From Candidatus Sericytochromatia bacterium (lineage in GTDB: Bacteria; Cyanobacteriota; Sericytochromatia; S15B-MN24; VGJW01), in NCBI GenBank assembly GCA_035285865.1, contig JAYKHS010000010.1, positions 1-64,000 of the forward strand: DNA of 64,000 nucleotides, in the 5' to 3' direction. A program made the position numbers and the translations under genes. The notes under the pieces were generated by a model. The model saw only the letters and a list, made by a program, of their open reading frames with translations, was not told where the DNA came from and did no database searches. How positions within the stretch are numbered: the first letter of the stretch is position 1; every line of letters starts with the position of its first letter. Below, piece after piece: positions 36,704 through 45,736 of this stretch.

Positions 36704-38344
36704 TCAGCCCACGCGCACGGTGTATTCGGAACCGGGCATCTTGTGCCCGGACTTTTCCAGGAAATAGCCCAGTCCACCCGGATAGTCATGGGTCTGGCCC
36801 CTGTCGACGAGAATGACGCGGGTCGCCAGTTCGCGCAGGAAGTGGCGGTCGTGGCTGACGAAGACCAGCGTGCCCTCGAAGTTCTTCAGCGCCTCCAGCA
36901 GAACCTCGCGGCTGCGCATGTCCAGATGGTTGGTCGGCTCGTCGAGAATCAGCAGGTTTCTCGGCTTGGCGATCAGGCAGGCCAGCACGACCCGGGTCTT
37001 CTCTCCACCCGAGAGGACCGAAATCTTCTTCTCGACATCATCGCCGGTGAATCGCAGGGAGCCCAAGAGATTCTGGATGACCCCCCGACCCGTTGTCGGG
37101 ACGATGTCCTGCACCGTGTCGAAGACCGTCTTGCCGGGATCCAGTTGCTCGGCCTGATGCTGGGCGAAGTAGCCCATCTGCAGGCTGGCGCCCAGTTTGC
37201 AGGTGCCGGAGTCCGGTTCAAGATCCCCGGCAAGAATCTTGAGCAGCGTGCTCTTGCCCGCACCGTTGATGCCGAGCAAGGCAATACGTTCGAGCCGCTT
37301 GATCTGGAAGTCGACGCCGCCGAGGACCTGCCTTGAACCGTAGGCCTTGGCCACACCTTGGACGTCGGCGATGATCTCGCCGCTCCGCTGGGCGGATTGC
37401 CAGCGAAAATCAACGGCCTTCCCCTCGCGGGGGACTTCGATGCGGTCGATCTTCTCGATCATCTTGACGCGGGACTGGACCGACGCGGCGTGGGAGGCCC
37501 TGGCCTTGAAGCGGGCGATGAACTTCTCCTCCTTCTCGAGGAAAGCCTCCTGCCGCTCGGCAGCGGCCTCGAGATTCTCGAGGCGCTGGGCGGCCTCGCG
37601 CTCGTAGAAGTCGTAGTTGCCTGAATAAACGTTGATCTGGCCCCACTCCAGCGCGACGATCCGGCGTACCAGGCGATTCATGAAATCGCGGTCGTGGCTG
37701 GTCATGAAGATCGTGCCCTTGTACTGGTTGAGGAACTCCTCCAGCCAGACGATCGACTCCACGTCGAGGTGGTTCGTCGGCTCGTCCAGCACCAGCGCGT
37801 CGGGCTGCCCCAGGAGGACCTTGGCCAGTTCGATGCGCATCCGCCAGCCGCCGGAGAAGGCCCGGACGGGCTTCTGCATGTCTTCGGTGCTGAAACCGAG
37901 ACCACCCAGGACCACCTGCGCACGGCTCTCGAGGTCGTAGCCGCCAAGGCTCTCGAAGCGCGTCTGGGCTTCGCCGAGCTCCTCCAGGATGGTGTTCATC
38001 CGAGCTTCGTCCAGATTCGGGTCCCCGAGCTGTTCGGAGTAGGTCTGGATGGCCTTCTCCAGTTCGGCGACCTCGCCTGCGCCGGCCAGGGCCGAGGCAA
38101 GCACGGTGGCCTCGGTATCCGCGGCGGGCTCCTGCGAGAAGTAGCCGATCCGGAATCGCTCGGGAATCGAGATGCTGCCCTCGTCCGGACGCTCCTCGCC
38201 CATGATGAGGCGGAAGATGGTGGTCTTGCCCGCACCATTGGGGCCGACGAGGCCGACCCGGTCACCCGGGTTGATCTGGAAGGAAGCGTCCTTGTAGAGG
38301 TGGCGCTTGCCGTGCGTCTTGGTGACGTTGGTGAAGGCGATCAT
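36704..38344 (-). CDS. ABC-F family ATPase
   Basis: Two ABC cassettes (GPNGAGKT, FSGGWRMR, LDEPTNHLD; GINGAGKS, LSGGEK), no TM. Confidence 0.95.
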   Translation of the reverse strand: MIAFTNVTKTHGKRHLYKDASFQINPGDRVGLVGPNGAGKTTIFRLIMGEERPDEGSISIPERFRIGYFSQEPAADTEATVLASALAGAGEVAELEKAIQTYSEQLGDPNLDEARMNTILEELGEAQTRFESLGGYDLESRAQVVLGGLGFSTEDMQKPVRAFSGGWRMRIELAKVLLGQPDALVLDEPTNHLDVESIVWLEEFLNQYKGTIFMTSHDRDFMNRLVRRIVALEWGQINVYSGNYDFYEREAAQRLENLEAAAERQEAFLEKEEKFIARFKARASHAASVQSRVKMIEKIDRIEVPREGKAVDFRWQSAQRSGEIIADVQGVAKAYGSRQVLGGVDFQIKRLERIALLGINGAGKSTLLKILAGDLEPDSGTCKLGASLQMGYFAQHQAEQLDPGKTVFDTVQDIVPTTGRGVIQNLLGSLRFTGDDVEKKISVLSGGEKTRVVLACLIAKPRNLLILDEPTNHLDMRSREVLLEALKNFEGTLVFVSHDRHFLRELATRVILVDRGQTHDYPGGLGYFLEKSGHKMPGSEYTVRVG

Positions 38345-38377
38345 GGCTGCATGATCGCACGGTGACCGGCCGGAAGG

Positions 38378-40192
38378 CTAGCCGCTCGTCTGTTTGGCTT
38401 CCAGTTCGGCCCAGCGGGCATACAGGCGCGCAACTTCGGCCTGTCCCACCTCCAGGGCGGCATAACGCTGCTGTAGCTCCCAGGCGTCACTCACGATCCC
38501 GGGATCGGCTGCGGCCGCCTCGAGGCGGGTCACCTCTGCCTCGGCCTTCTCGATGGCGGATTCCATGCCCTGCCACTCCTGTTGCTCACGCCAGCTGAGA
38601 CGTGTCGTCTTCTCCCGGACACGCGGTGCCGAGCTCCGGACCGTCTCGACGGGCTTGGCTCGCAGGCGTTCACGCTGTCGCCGGGCATCCTGCCACTGGT
38701 CGAGATCCTCATGCCAAGTCGCCTCTCCCTCGCCATCGAGCGCCAGCAGGCGCGTCGCCAGCCGACCCAGCATGGCTCTGTCATGCGTCACGAGGACGAT
38801 CCCGCCCGGGAAGTCCAGAAGGCTGTCCTCCAGAACTTCGAGTGTCGGGATGTCCAGATCGTTCGTGGGCTCGTCCAGGATCAGGATGTCGGCAGGCTGC
38901 AGCATCAGGCGGGCCACCAGCAGTCGGGCTTGTTCACCGCCGGAGAGACGTCCTGTGGCAAGCTCGAGTTGGTCCTTGTGGAACAGGAAGCGCTGGGCCC
39001 ACGAAGCCACGTGGATGGGCCGCCCGAGATACTGGACGAAGTCCCCGTCCGGGCAGAGGGCACGCCGAAGCGTCTGGCCCGGATCCAGGCTGGACCGATC
39101 CTGCGTGAAATGCACCGTGACGAGGCCATCGGCTCGCGCCAGCGTCCCTTGGTCCTGTTCCAGCCGACCCTCGAGGATGCCCAGCAGCGTCGACTTGCCC
39201 GAGCCGTTGGGGCCAAGCAGGCCGATCCGCGTGCCCGGCGACAGCAGGATGTCGACGTTCGCGAAGAGGGACCGGTCCCCATAGGCCTTGCCCAGGCCGC
39301 GGGCCTCGATCAGCTTGCGGGTCTTGCGTTCGGTCGCGGCAAACTGGACATCGGCCGTGCGCTGGATGGCGCGTGCGCGGGCCTCGGAGAGGTCGTCGAT
39401 CATGGTTTCGGCCTGCTGGACACGAGCCTGCTGCTTGGCCTGCCGGCCTTGAGGCATCTTCCGCAGCCAGGCAATTTCCTGCCGGACCCGATTGGCAAGC
39501 GCGGCGCGTGCCGCATCCTGGCTGTCGAGCGCAGCCTCGCGCTCCTCCAGGAAACGACTGTAGTTGCCGCTGACCGACAGGACACCCCCCGGGTGCCGCC
39601 GATCGATCTCGACGACACGATTGCAGACGGCCTCGAGGAAGGCCCGGTCGTGGCTGACGACGACGAAGGCCCGGGTGGTGGACTTGAGCAACCCCTCCAG
39701 CCAGAGCACCCCTTCCAGGTCGAGGTGGTTGGTCGGTTCATCCAGCAGCAGGATGTCCGGCTCCAGCACCCACTGCCTGGCGATGTCGAGGCGCTTGCGC
39801 CAGCCGCCGGAGAGGACCGCGACGGGTTGGTCCGCCTCGTTGAAGCCGGCGCGCCCCAGGGTCTCTGCGATCCGACCCTCCTTCTCGTATTCCTCGAGTG
39901 GCAGCCCGCCCAAGGCCGCGCGCAGAACGGCGCCGGCCGTCGCCTCTGCAAAGACGGCCTCCTGAGGGACGTAGCCGAGGACGGTATCTCTCTGCACGAC
40001 ACGCTCCCCGGAATCCGGCTCATCGACACCGGCCAGAAGGCGCAGCAGCGTTGATTTTCCCGAGCCATTCGGACCTACGATGCCCACCTGGTCTCCCTCG
40101 TGGACGCTGAAGGACAGACCGTCGAAGAGCAGCCGGGCACCCATGCGGTGGCTGAGTTCGCGGCAGGAGAGCAGGGCTGGACGATGGGACAC
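38378..40192 (-). CDS. uup: ABC-F family ATPase, Uup-like
   Basis: Two ABC cassettes, LDEPTNDLD, C-terminal LSWREQQE...LYARWAELE. Confidence 0.88.
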   Translation of the reverse strand: MSHRPALLSCRELSHRMGARLLFDGLSFSVHEGDQVGIVGPNGSGKSTLLRLLAGVDEPDSGERVVQRDTVLGYVPQEAVFAEATAGAVLRAALGGLPLEEYEKEGRIAETLGRAGFNEADQPVAVLSGGWRKRLDIARQWVLEPDILLLDEPTNHLDLEGVLWLEGLLKSTTRAFVVVSHDRAFLEAVCNRVVEIDRRHPGGVLSVSGNYSRFLEEREAALDSQDAARAALANRVRQEIAWLRKMPQGRQAKQQARVQQAETMIDDLSEARARAIQRTADVQFAATERKTRKLIEARGLGKAYGDRSLFANVDILLSPGTRIGLLGPNGSGKSTLLGILEGRLEQDQGTLARADGLVTVHFTQDRSSLDPGQTLRRALCPDGDFVQYLGRPIHVASWAQRFLFHKDQLELATGRLSGGEQARLLVARLMLQPADILILDEPTNDLDIPTLEVLEDSLLDFPGGIVLVTHDRAMLGRLATRLLALDGEGEATWHEDLDQWQDARRQRERLRAKPVETVRSSAPRVREKTTRLSWREQQEWQGMESAIEKAEAEVTRLEAAAADPGIVSDAWELQQRYAALEVGQAEVARLYARWAELEAKQTSG

Positions 40193-40200
40193 GGAGGGAC

Positions 40201-41241
40201 TCAGGAGAGGGCGGAGAGGAGCAGGTTCCGATACGGGGCTATGCCCTTGTACCTCAAGGCATCCGGGGAAATCGACAGTATGGCGTCGCGCAGCAGGTCG
40301 CGACGGTCGGCATCCTTGGCCACGCGAGCCACCGGCAGAAAGTAGGTGCGGATGGTGAAGAGCGCGGCATCGTGACCGGGAAAGCCCCTGAGCGTCTGGC
40401 GTTCGATCCGAAGCCAGGTGCCTGCAAGCGCCCCTTCCGGAGTCATGTCTCCAAGCGCTCTTCCGGCCGGGCTGTCGGGGTGGTGGTCCAGCACGGTGTC
40501 GGTGGCCACGCCCCACGCGAAGCGGATGAAGGGGCCCTTGTGAATCATCGCGTCCAGAATCCTGTCTGCGGCCTTGGCGATGTTGCCAAAGTCTGCAACA
40601 GGCTGGTGAACGGCCAGGAAGTCCTTGCCCATCTTCTCGGCCGCGCTCCAGTGGTTGGGGCAGTTCAAGTGGATCCAGACCAGCCGATCCCGTCCATCCG
40701 GGGGCTCGCGCCGAACGATCGCCACGTCCTCCGCGACCAGACAGGCGAGGGCATCCAGCGCGCTGCGACCGGCGAGCATGCCAAGGTCAAGCCCCTCGAA
40801 ACCCTGCCGCGGTTCAGCGCTGCAGGAGGCGGCCACGACGTTGTCCGCCTCATCGAATGTCAGCTGCCAGCCCGTCCACGAATCCTGCAGGCGCAGAGCG
40901 CCTGTTGACGCACGCTCTTGGGCGAATCGACCCGGGAAGTCTTCGTTCAACTTTCCGAGCCACCACGACAGGACTTCGGCTCCGAGCGCGGCCGCCATCT
41001 CGTGCGGCGGGTGATAACGTTCCGGAGCCAACTGCATGTTGGCCTGCTTGTTGCGCAGATACTGTGGCAGGAGGCCGTCCTGCGTGAAGTGGTGATGCTC
41101 CACAATCCCTTGCACGGATTGCTGGCCGAGAATCTTCAGGCCGGCCTGAACCTCGTAGCGGCCGCGTTCCAACGGAAAGTAGTCGGCTGGCTCGGGCAAG
41201 CCGGGAGCACGATCGCTCAGGTTGACGGCTAGGGGCGACAA
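40201..41241 (-). CDS. DUF3445 / heme-dependent oxidative N-demethylase alpha-like protein
   Basis: EDVAIV, PNHWSAAEKMG, VHQPV, RFAWGV, LRIERQTL, LFTIRTY. Confidence 0.82.
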   Translation of the reverse strand: MSPLAVNLSDRAPGLPEPADYFPLERGRYEVQAGLKILGQQSVQGIVEHHHFTQDGLLPQYLRNKQANMQLAPERYHPPHEMAAALGAEVLSWWLGKLNEDFPGRFAQERASTGALRLQDSWTGWQLTFDEADNVVAASCSAEPRQGFEGLDLGMLAGRSALDALACLVAEDVAIVRREPPDGRDRLVWIHLNCPNHWSAAEKMGKDFLAVHQPVADFGNIAKAADRILDAMIHKGPFIRFAWGVATDTVLDHHPDSPAGRALGDMTPEGALAGTWLRIERQTLRGFPGHDAALFTIRTYFLPVARVAKDADRRDLLRDAILSISPDALRYKGIAPYRNLLLSALS

Positions 41242-41306
41242 AGCAGACCTCCGGGCTCTTCAGCCTGAAGGTAGCACATCGGCCGGTTGAGGGACGACGG
41301 CCTGAT

Positions 41307-42668
41307 TCAGCTTTGCAGACTCAGGTTGAATAGAGCGGTCGGGAGACCCGGCGCTGCAGGTGGATGCAGGACCTCGTATGGCAAGGTCATGAACTCGACG
41401 TCCTTGAGAAACCGACCAATGGGGACCTGGGAGGTCGCGCCCGTCTGCGGGTCGACGATCTCGACCTTCGCAGGCAGGCCAGGTTTCTGGCCATCGACCT
41501 TCTTGTCCGGTCGCGTTGCATCCCTGCCTGCCTCATCGACCAGGCCCACGATGCGCACGGCATGGTGCGTCTGCTTGCCTGTCTGCGGATCTTCCCCGAT
41601 GACGCCGGCCGGGATATGGCCGCGACGCAGGGCGGCCCGCATCAGGCTGCTGGTCTCCTCCCGCTCCAGCGGGGCCCCGGGTTGGGGGCGCAGCATGTCG
41701 TGCCGCTCGCCGAAGACCTTCGAGACCAGATAGGTGTAGCCCTCCGCTGTCAGAGCCCGCTTAGAGCCCTGTGAATCTGGAGTGGGTTCGGCTGAACCTC
41801 CCTCGCCATCGCCGCCATAGCGCTTGACTGCCGAATAGCGACCATTGCCGTAGCGCCTGGAGCCGCCGTACGCACCGCGACCGACGCGGTCCTCGCCGCC
41901 CCCGAGAGGTGCCTCCTTGCCGACACCCTTGCGCGACTTCTCCCAATCCTGTACGGCCGACTGCATCGACTCTTGAAACAGGTCCTCGATCGGATCACGC
42001 TTGTCCGTGTCATCGGCAAGGCCCCGGTGATCAGCCTTGATGAGAATGTCCTTCTTGCCCGGTGTCTTGGTCTGGCCGGTGGTGGCGAGGTCGATGACCA
42101 TCCTGGCGTAGCGTGCCGGAGCCAACTCTGCCGTGGTGGCCTGGAGTGAGGCCACGGTGCAGGACCACGTGCCCTCACCCTGGATGATCGACTTCGGGTC
42201 CGCAAGGTGCTTGACGAGATTCAGCAGCAGCTTGCCGGCCTTGTCCTCCTTCGGCGGGCCCGCCGGCGCGCTGCCACCGGCAGCGAAGGCACCGGGCACC
42301 GCCTGAGCCTCTGCAGGATTGGCCTCCGCCAGCAATCTGTTGAGCTGCTTGCGCAGCTTCTGGCTCATGGTGCCGTTCTCCTTCAAGGTCGCCATGGCCG
42401 CCTGGAACTCGGGATTGGCCTCGATGGCACGAGGAGCCGGGGCCTCGACCTTGCCCTTGTCCTTGCCTTTGGCTGGCGAGACCTCGACCAGAACGGGATT
42501 CTTCTGCTGACTCCCCTGGCCTTTGCCTGCCTTGGCTTCCTTGGGAGCATCCTTCGGGGCTTCCTTGCCGGCGGCCTTGTCCTTGCCCTTGGCCTTCCCC
42601 TGGTCGCTGCTGCCACCGATCTTGGCCTTGGCCGTCATGCCCTTGCCGTTGCTGACCTTGAGACTCAT
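41307..42668 (-). CDS. Hypothetical protein, putative papain-like cysteine protease
   Basis: Lys-rich N-terminus; IIQGEGTWSCTVAS, HHAVRIVG, VEIVDPQTG. Confidence 0.6.
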   Translation of the reverse strand: MSLKVSNGKGMTAKAKIGGSSDQGKAKGKDKAAGKEAPKDAPKEAKAGKGQGSQQKNPVLVEVSPAKGKDKGKVEAPAPRAIEANPEFQAAMATLKENGTMSQKLRKQLNRLLAEANPAEAQAVPGAFAAGGSAPAGPPKEDKAGKLLLNLVKHLADPKSIIQGEGTWSCTVASLQATTAELAPARYARMVIDLATTGQTKTPGKKDILIKADHRGLADDTDKRDPIEDLFQESMQSAVQDWEKSRKGVGKEAPLGGGEDRVGRGAYGGSRRYGNGRYSAVKRYGGDGEGGSAEPTPDSQGSKRALTAEGYTYLVSKVFGERHDMLRPQPGAPLEREETSSLMRAALRRGHIPAGVIGEDPQTGKQTHHAVRIVGLVDEAGRDATRPDKKVDGQKPGLPAKVEIVDPQTGATSQVPIGRFLKDVEFMTLPYEVLHPPAAPGLPTALFNLSLQS

Positions 42669-42672
42669 GAGA

Positions 42673-42717
42673 CCCCCGGATGGCTACGAACCTGTCGATT
42701 TCGTACCCATCCGGGGG
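42673..42717. terminator. Long hairpin (17 bp, one mismatch) after mmsA
   Basis: CCCCCGGATGG-C-TACGAA / TTCGTA-C-CCATCCGGGGG. Confidence 0.7.
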
Positions 42718-42726
42718 CGACAGGCA

Positions 42727-44193
42727 TCAGAACCAGCGGGTGATGACCACCTTGCGATCGGTGTAGAACTCGATGCCGTGCTTCCCATGCGCCTTCAGGT
42801 CGCCAAACATCGACCCCTTGGCCCCGCCGAAGTTGAAGTAGCTCATCGGGGCCGCCACGCCGACGTTGATGCCCATCATGCTGGGTTCGGCGTGGTAGGC
42901 GAAGGTTCGGGCATGCTTGCCGCTGGTCGTGAAGATCGAGGTCGTGTTGCCGTAAGGATGCGCATCGAGGATAGCCAGGGCCTGTTCGAGGGTGTCGACC
43001 TTGAGCCAGGCCATCACGGGACCGAAGACCTCCTCGCGGGCGATCTCCATGTCCGGCGTGACCTTGTCGAACAGCGTGGGGCCGAGGAAGTACCCCTTGT
43101 CCTGACCGTGGGTGGTGCGGCCATCCAGCAGCATCTCCGCCCCTTCTTCGATGGCCCGCGCAATGAGCCCGTGGATGCGGTGGAGCGACGGCTTCGAGAT
43201 GACGGGGCCCAGTTCGACATCCTCGTCGAGACCGTTGCCGATCTTGATCTTCCGGATGCGGTCCAGCATCGGGCCCTTGAACTTTTCGTAGGCATCACCC
43301 ACGAACACCAGCGTCGCCCCGGCAAGACAGCGCTGGCCCGCGCAGCCGTAGCAGGACTCGACCAGGATATCGACGCTCCTTTCGAGGTCGGCGTCCGGCA
43401 TGACGACGATGAAGTTCTTGGCCCCCCCAAGCGCCTGCGCCCGCTTGCCGTGGCGCGTGGCCGTCTCGTAGACGTACTGGGCCACAGGACTCGACCCCAC
43501 GAACGAGACGCCCTTGATGAGCGGATGTTCGCACATGCCCGTGACGATCTCACGCCCACCGTTGACCAGGTTGACGACGCCCGGCGGCAGGCCGCACTGC
43601 TCGAGCAGCTCCCACATGCGCTGCTGGGAGAGGGGCACCTGCTCGGACGGCTTCAGCACGATGGTGTTGCCAGTCGCGATGGCATATGGGATGAACCACA
43701 TCGGGACCATCGGGGGAAAGTTGAACGGCGCGATGATGGCGAAGACTCCCATCGGCCTGCGGTAGGAGACGCAGTCGATACCCCGTCCGACGTCCTCCAG
43801 CGCTTCGCCCTGCATCAGCGAAGGGATGCCGACGGCAACGTCCAGATTGTCGATGCCACGCCGCAGATCCCCGCGGGCCTCGGCAAGTGTCTTGCCGTGC
43901 TCCATCGTGCAGATGCGTGCGATCTCTTCGAAGTGCTCCTCGAGCAGGTTCTTCCACTTGAAGAGCACTTTGCACCGCTCCGCAGGCGGGGTCTGTCGCC
44001 AACCCTGAAAGGCCCTGTCGGCAGCCCGCACGGCGGCATCGAGGTCCTGCGCGTTCGACAACGGCACACGCGCGAGCACCTCCTCGGTCGCCGGGTTGAC
44101 GACATCGAGGAACTCGGTGCTGGTCGACGGAACCCACTTGCCGTCGATGTAGTTCCCAAGGGTACGGACCTGGGTGGTGGTCGCAGGGGTCAT
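42727..44193 (-). CDS. mmsA: CoA-acylating (methyl)malonate-semialdehyde dehydrogenase
   Basis: PFNFPPM, KPSEQVP, SFVGSS, ALGGAKN, GCAGQRCLA, EEVFGP, FYTxxKVVITRW. Confidence 0.95.
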   Translation of the reverse strand: MTPATTTQVRTLGNYIDGKWVPSTSTEFLDVVNPATEEVLARVPLSNAQDLDAAVRAADRAFQGWRQTPPAERCKVLFKWKNLLEEHFEEIARICTMEHGKTLAEARGDLRRGIDNLDVAVGIPSLMQGEALEDVGRGIDCVSYRRPMGVFAIIAPFNFPPMVPMWFIPYAIATGNTIVLKPSEQVPLSQQRMWELLEQCGLPPGVVNLVNGGREIVTGMCEHPLIKGVSFVGSSPVAQYVYETATRHGKRAQALGGAKNFIVVMPDADLERSVDILVESCYGCAGQRCLAGATLVFVGDAYEKFKGPMLDRIRKIKIGNGLDEDVELGPVISKPSLHRIHGLIARAIEEGAEMLLDGRTTHGQDKGYFLGPTLFDKVTPDMEIAREEVFGPVMAWLKVDTLEQALAILDAHPYGNTTSIFTTSGKHARTFAYHAEPSMMGINVGVAAPMSYFNFGGAKGSMFGDLKAHGKHGIEFYTDRKVVITRWF

Positions 44194-44205
44194 GACGTTC
44201 TCCTC

Positions 44206-45729
44206 TCAGACGTCCGCCGGGGGAAGCGAAGGTTGGCCCGGCGCTGACGGCGTCTCGGGCAGGCCCGTCTCGAGCGTAGCCCCGAGTGCCGAGGCCCGGG
44301 CCAGCAGGTGGTAGGCGAAGGCAGCACCGAAGAATCCGGCAAACCAGCCGTAGGGCACCACCGGGGCCATCGCCGGGATCAGGCGGCCGCCCCACGCAAG
44401 GAAGCAGCCGATGACCGTGGCCAGCAGCGCGGCCGGATGCCAGCCGCCTCGATAGCTGTAGGCTCCGTCGGGGCTGTAGAGGTCGGCCAGCGAGAGTCTG
44501 GTCCGGCGCAGGACCCAGTAGTCCCAGACAAGGACGCCCGCGACAGCCCCCAGGCCACCGGCATAGAAGCCCAGCCAGTCGAAAATGTAAGCGCTGGCAT
44601 CGGACAGCAAGCGCCACGGCTGGATGACGATGCCGAGCACGCCGGTGATGAGCGCGCCTCTGCGAAAATCGATGCGGCTGGGCCAGACGTGGGCGAAGTC
44701 GTTGGCTGGCGAAACCACGTTGGCCGCCACGTTGACCGAGGTGGTCGCAAGCGCGATGGTGAGGGTCGCGAAGGCCACCACCCAGGGATTGCCGAACTTG
44801 CCGACCAGCACGATGGGGTCCCAGATTTCCTTGCCGAACAGCACCCCGCTCTGCGACGTGATCAGGATGCCCAGGGTCGAGAAGGCGACCATGGCCGCCG
44901 GCAGGCTGGTGACCTGGCCCCGGACCTGATCCCGTTGGCTGGCCGCAAACCGGGTGAAGTCCGGCATGTTGAGCGAGAGCGTCGCCCAGAAGCCGATGAT
45001 GGCCGTCAGGCTTGGGATGAACACGGGCAGGAAACTGGCCACGTCGTTCAGTCTGCCGCCGGCCGTCAGGCCGGGTCCCCAGGACCCCGTCGCCTTGACG
45101 GTCCAAAAGTACAGGCCGAACGTCATCGCCAGCACCAGTACGGCCGAAATGTTGCCGAACCTGCGCAGCGCCTCCATGCCCCGGAAGACCACGAGCATGT
45201 TGAGGGCCCAGAAGGCCGCGAAGGCCACCCACTGTCCCGGGGGATAGCCGCCCACCGTAGCGCCCCAGGTGGCCCACCCGGGCCAGAAGGCACGGATCAT
45301 CGTGTCGAGGGCCATGCCCCCGATCCAGGCATTGATGCCGAACCAGCCGCATGCGACGAGGGCCCGCATCAGGGCCGGCAGATTGGCCCCGACCGTACCG
45401 TAGGAAGCCCTGGCAAAGACCGGGAACGGAATCCCGTAGCGGGTGCCGGGATGGCTATTGAGCAGGATGGGGACCAGCACGATCAAGTTGCCCAGCAGGA
45501 TGGTCGCCACGGCCTGGCCCACGTTCATCCCGACGGCGATCAGCCCCGAAGCCATCTGGTAGGTGGGGATGCACAGACACATCGCCACCCAGAGTCCGGC
45601 AAGGTTCACGGCACGCCACGTCCGGGCCGCAATTGGCGTGGGTGCCAGGTCATGGTTGTAGAGCGGGCTGCCGGACAGGTCGCCCGTCAGCTCCACCCTG
45701 CCATCCGTTTCCTCGCGGGTCATGGCCAT
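44206..45729 (-). CDS. NCS1 nucleobase:cation symporter
   Basis: YNHDLAP, YGIPFPVFARASYG, FWATLSLNMPDFTRF, NVAANVVSP. Confidence 0.93.
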   Translation of the reverse strand: MAMTREETDGRVELTGDLSGSPLYNHDLAPTPIAARTWRAVNLAGLWVAMCLCIPTYQMASGLIAVGMNVGQAVATILLGNLIVLVPILLNSHPGTRYGIPFPVFARASYGTVGANLPALMRALVACGWFGINAWIGGMALDTMIRAFWPGWATWGATVGGYPPGQWVAFAAFWALNMLVVFRGMEALRRFGNISAVLVLAMTFGLYFWTVKATGSWGPGLTAGGRLNDVASFLPVFIPSLTAIIGFWATLSLNMPDFTRFAASQRDQVRGQVTSLPAAMVAFSTLGILITSQSGVLFGKEIWDPIVLVGKFGNPWVVAFATLTIALATTSVNVAANVVSPANDFAHVWPSRIDFRRGALITGVLGIVIQPWRLLSDASAYIFDWLGFYAGGLGAVAGVLVWDYWVLRRTRLSLADLYSPDGAYSYRGGWHPAALLATVIGCFLAWGGRLIPAMAPVVPYGWFAGFFGAAFAYHLLARASALGATLETGLPETPSAPGQPSLPPADV

Positions 45730-45736
45730 GATGGCG

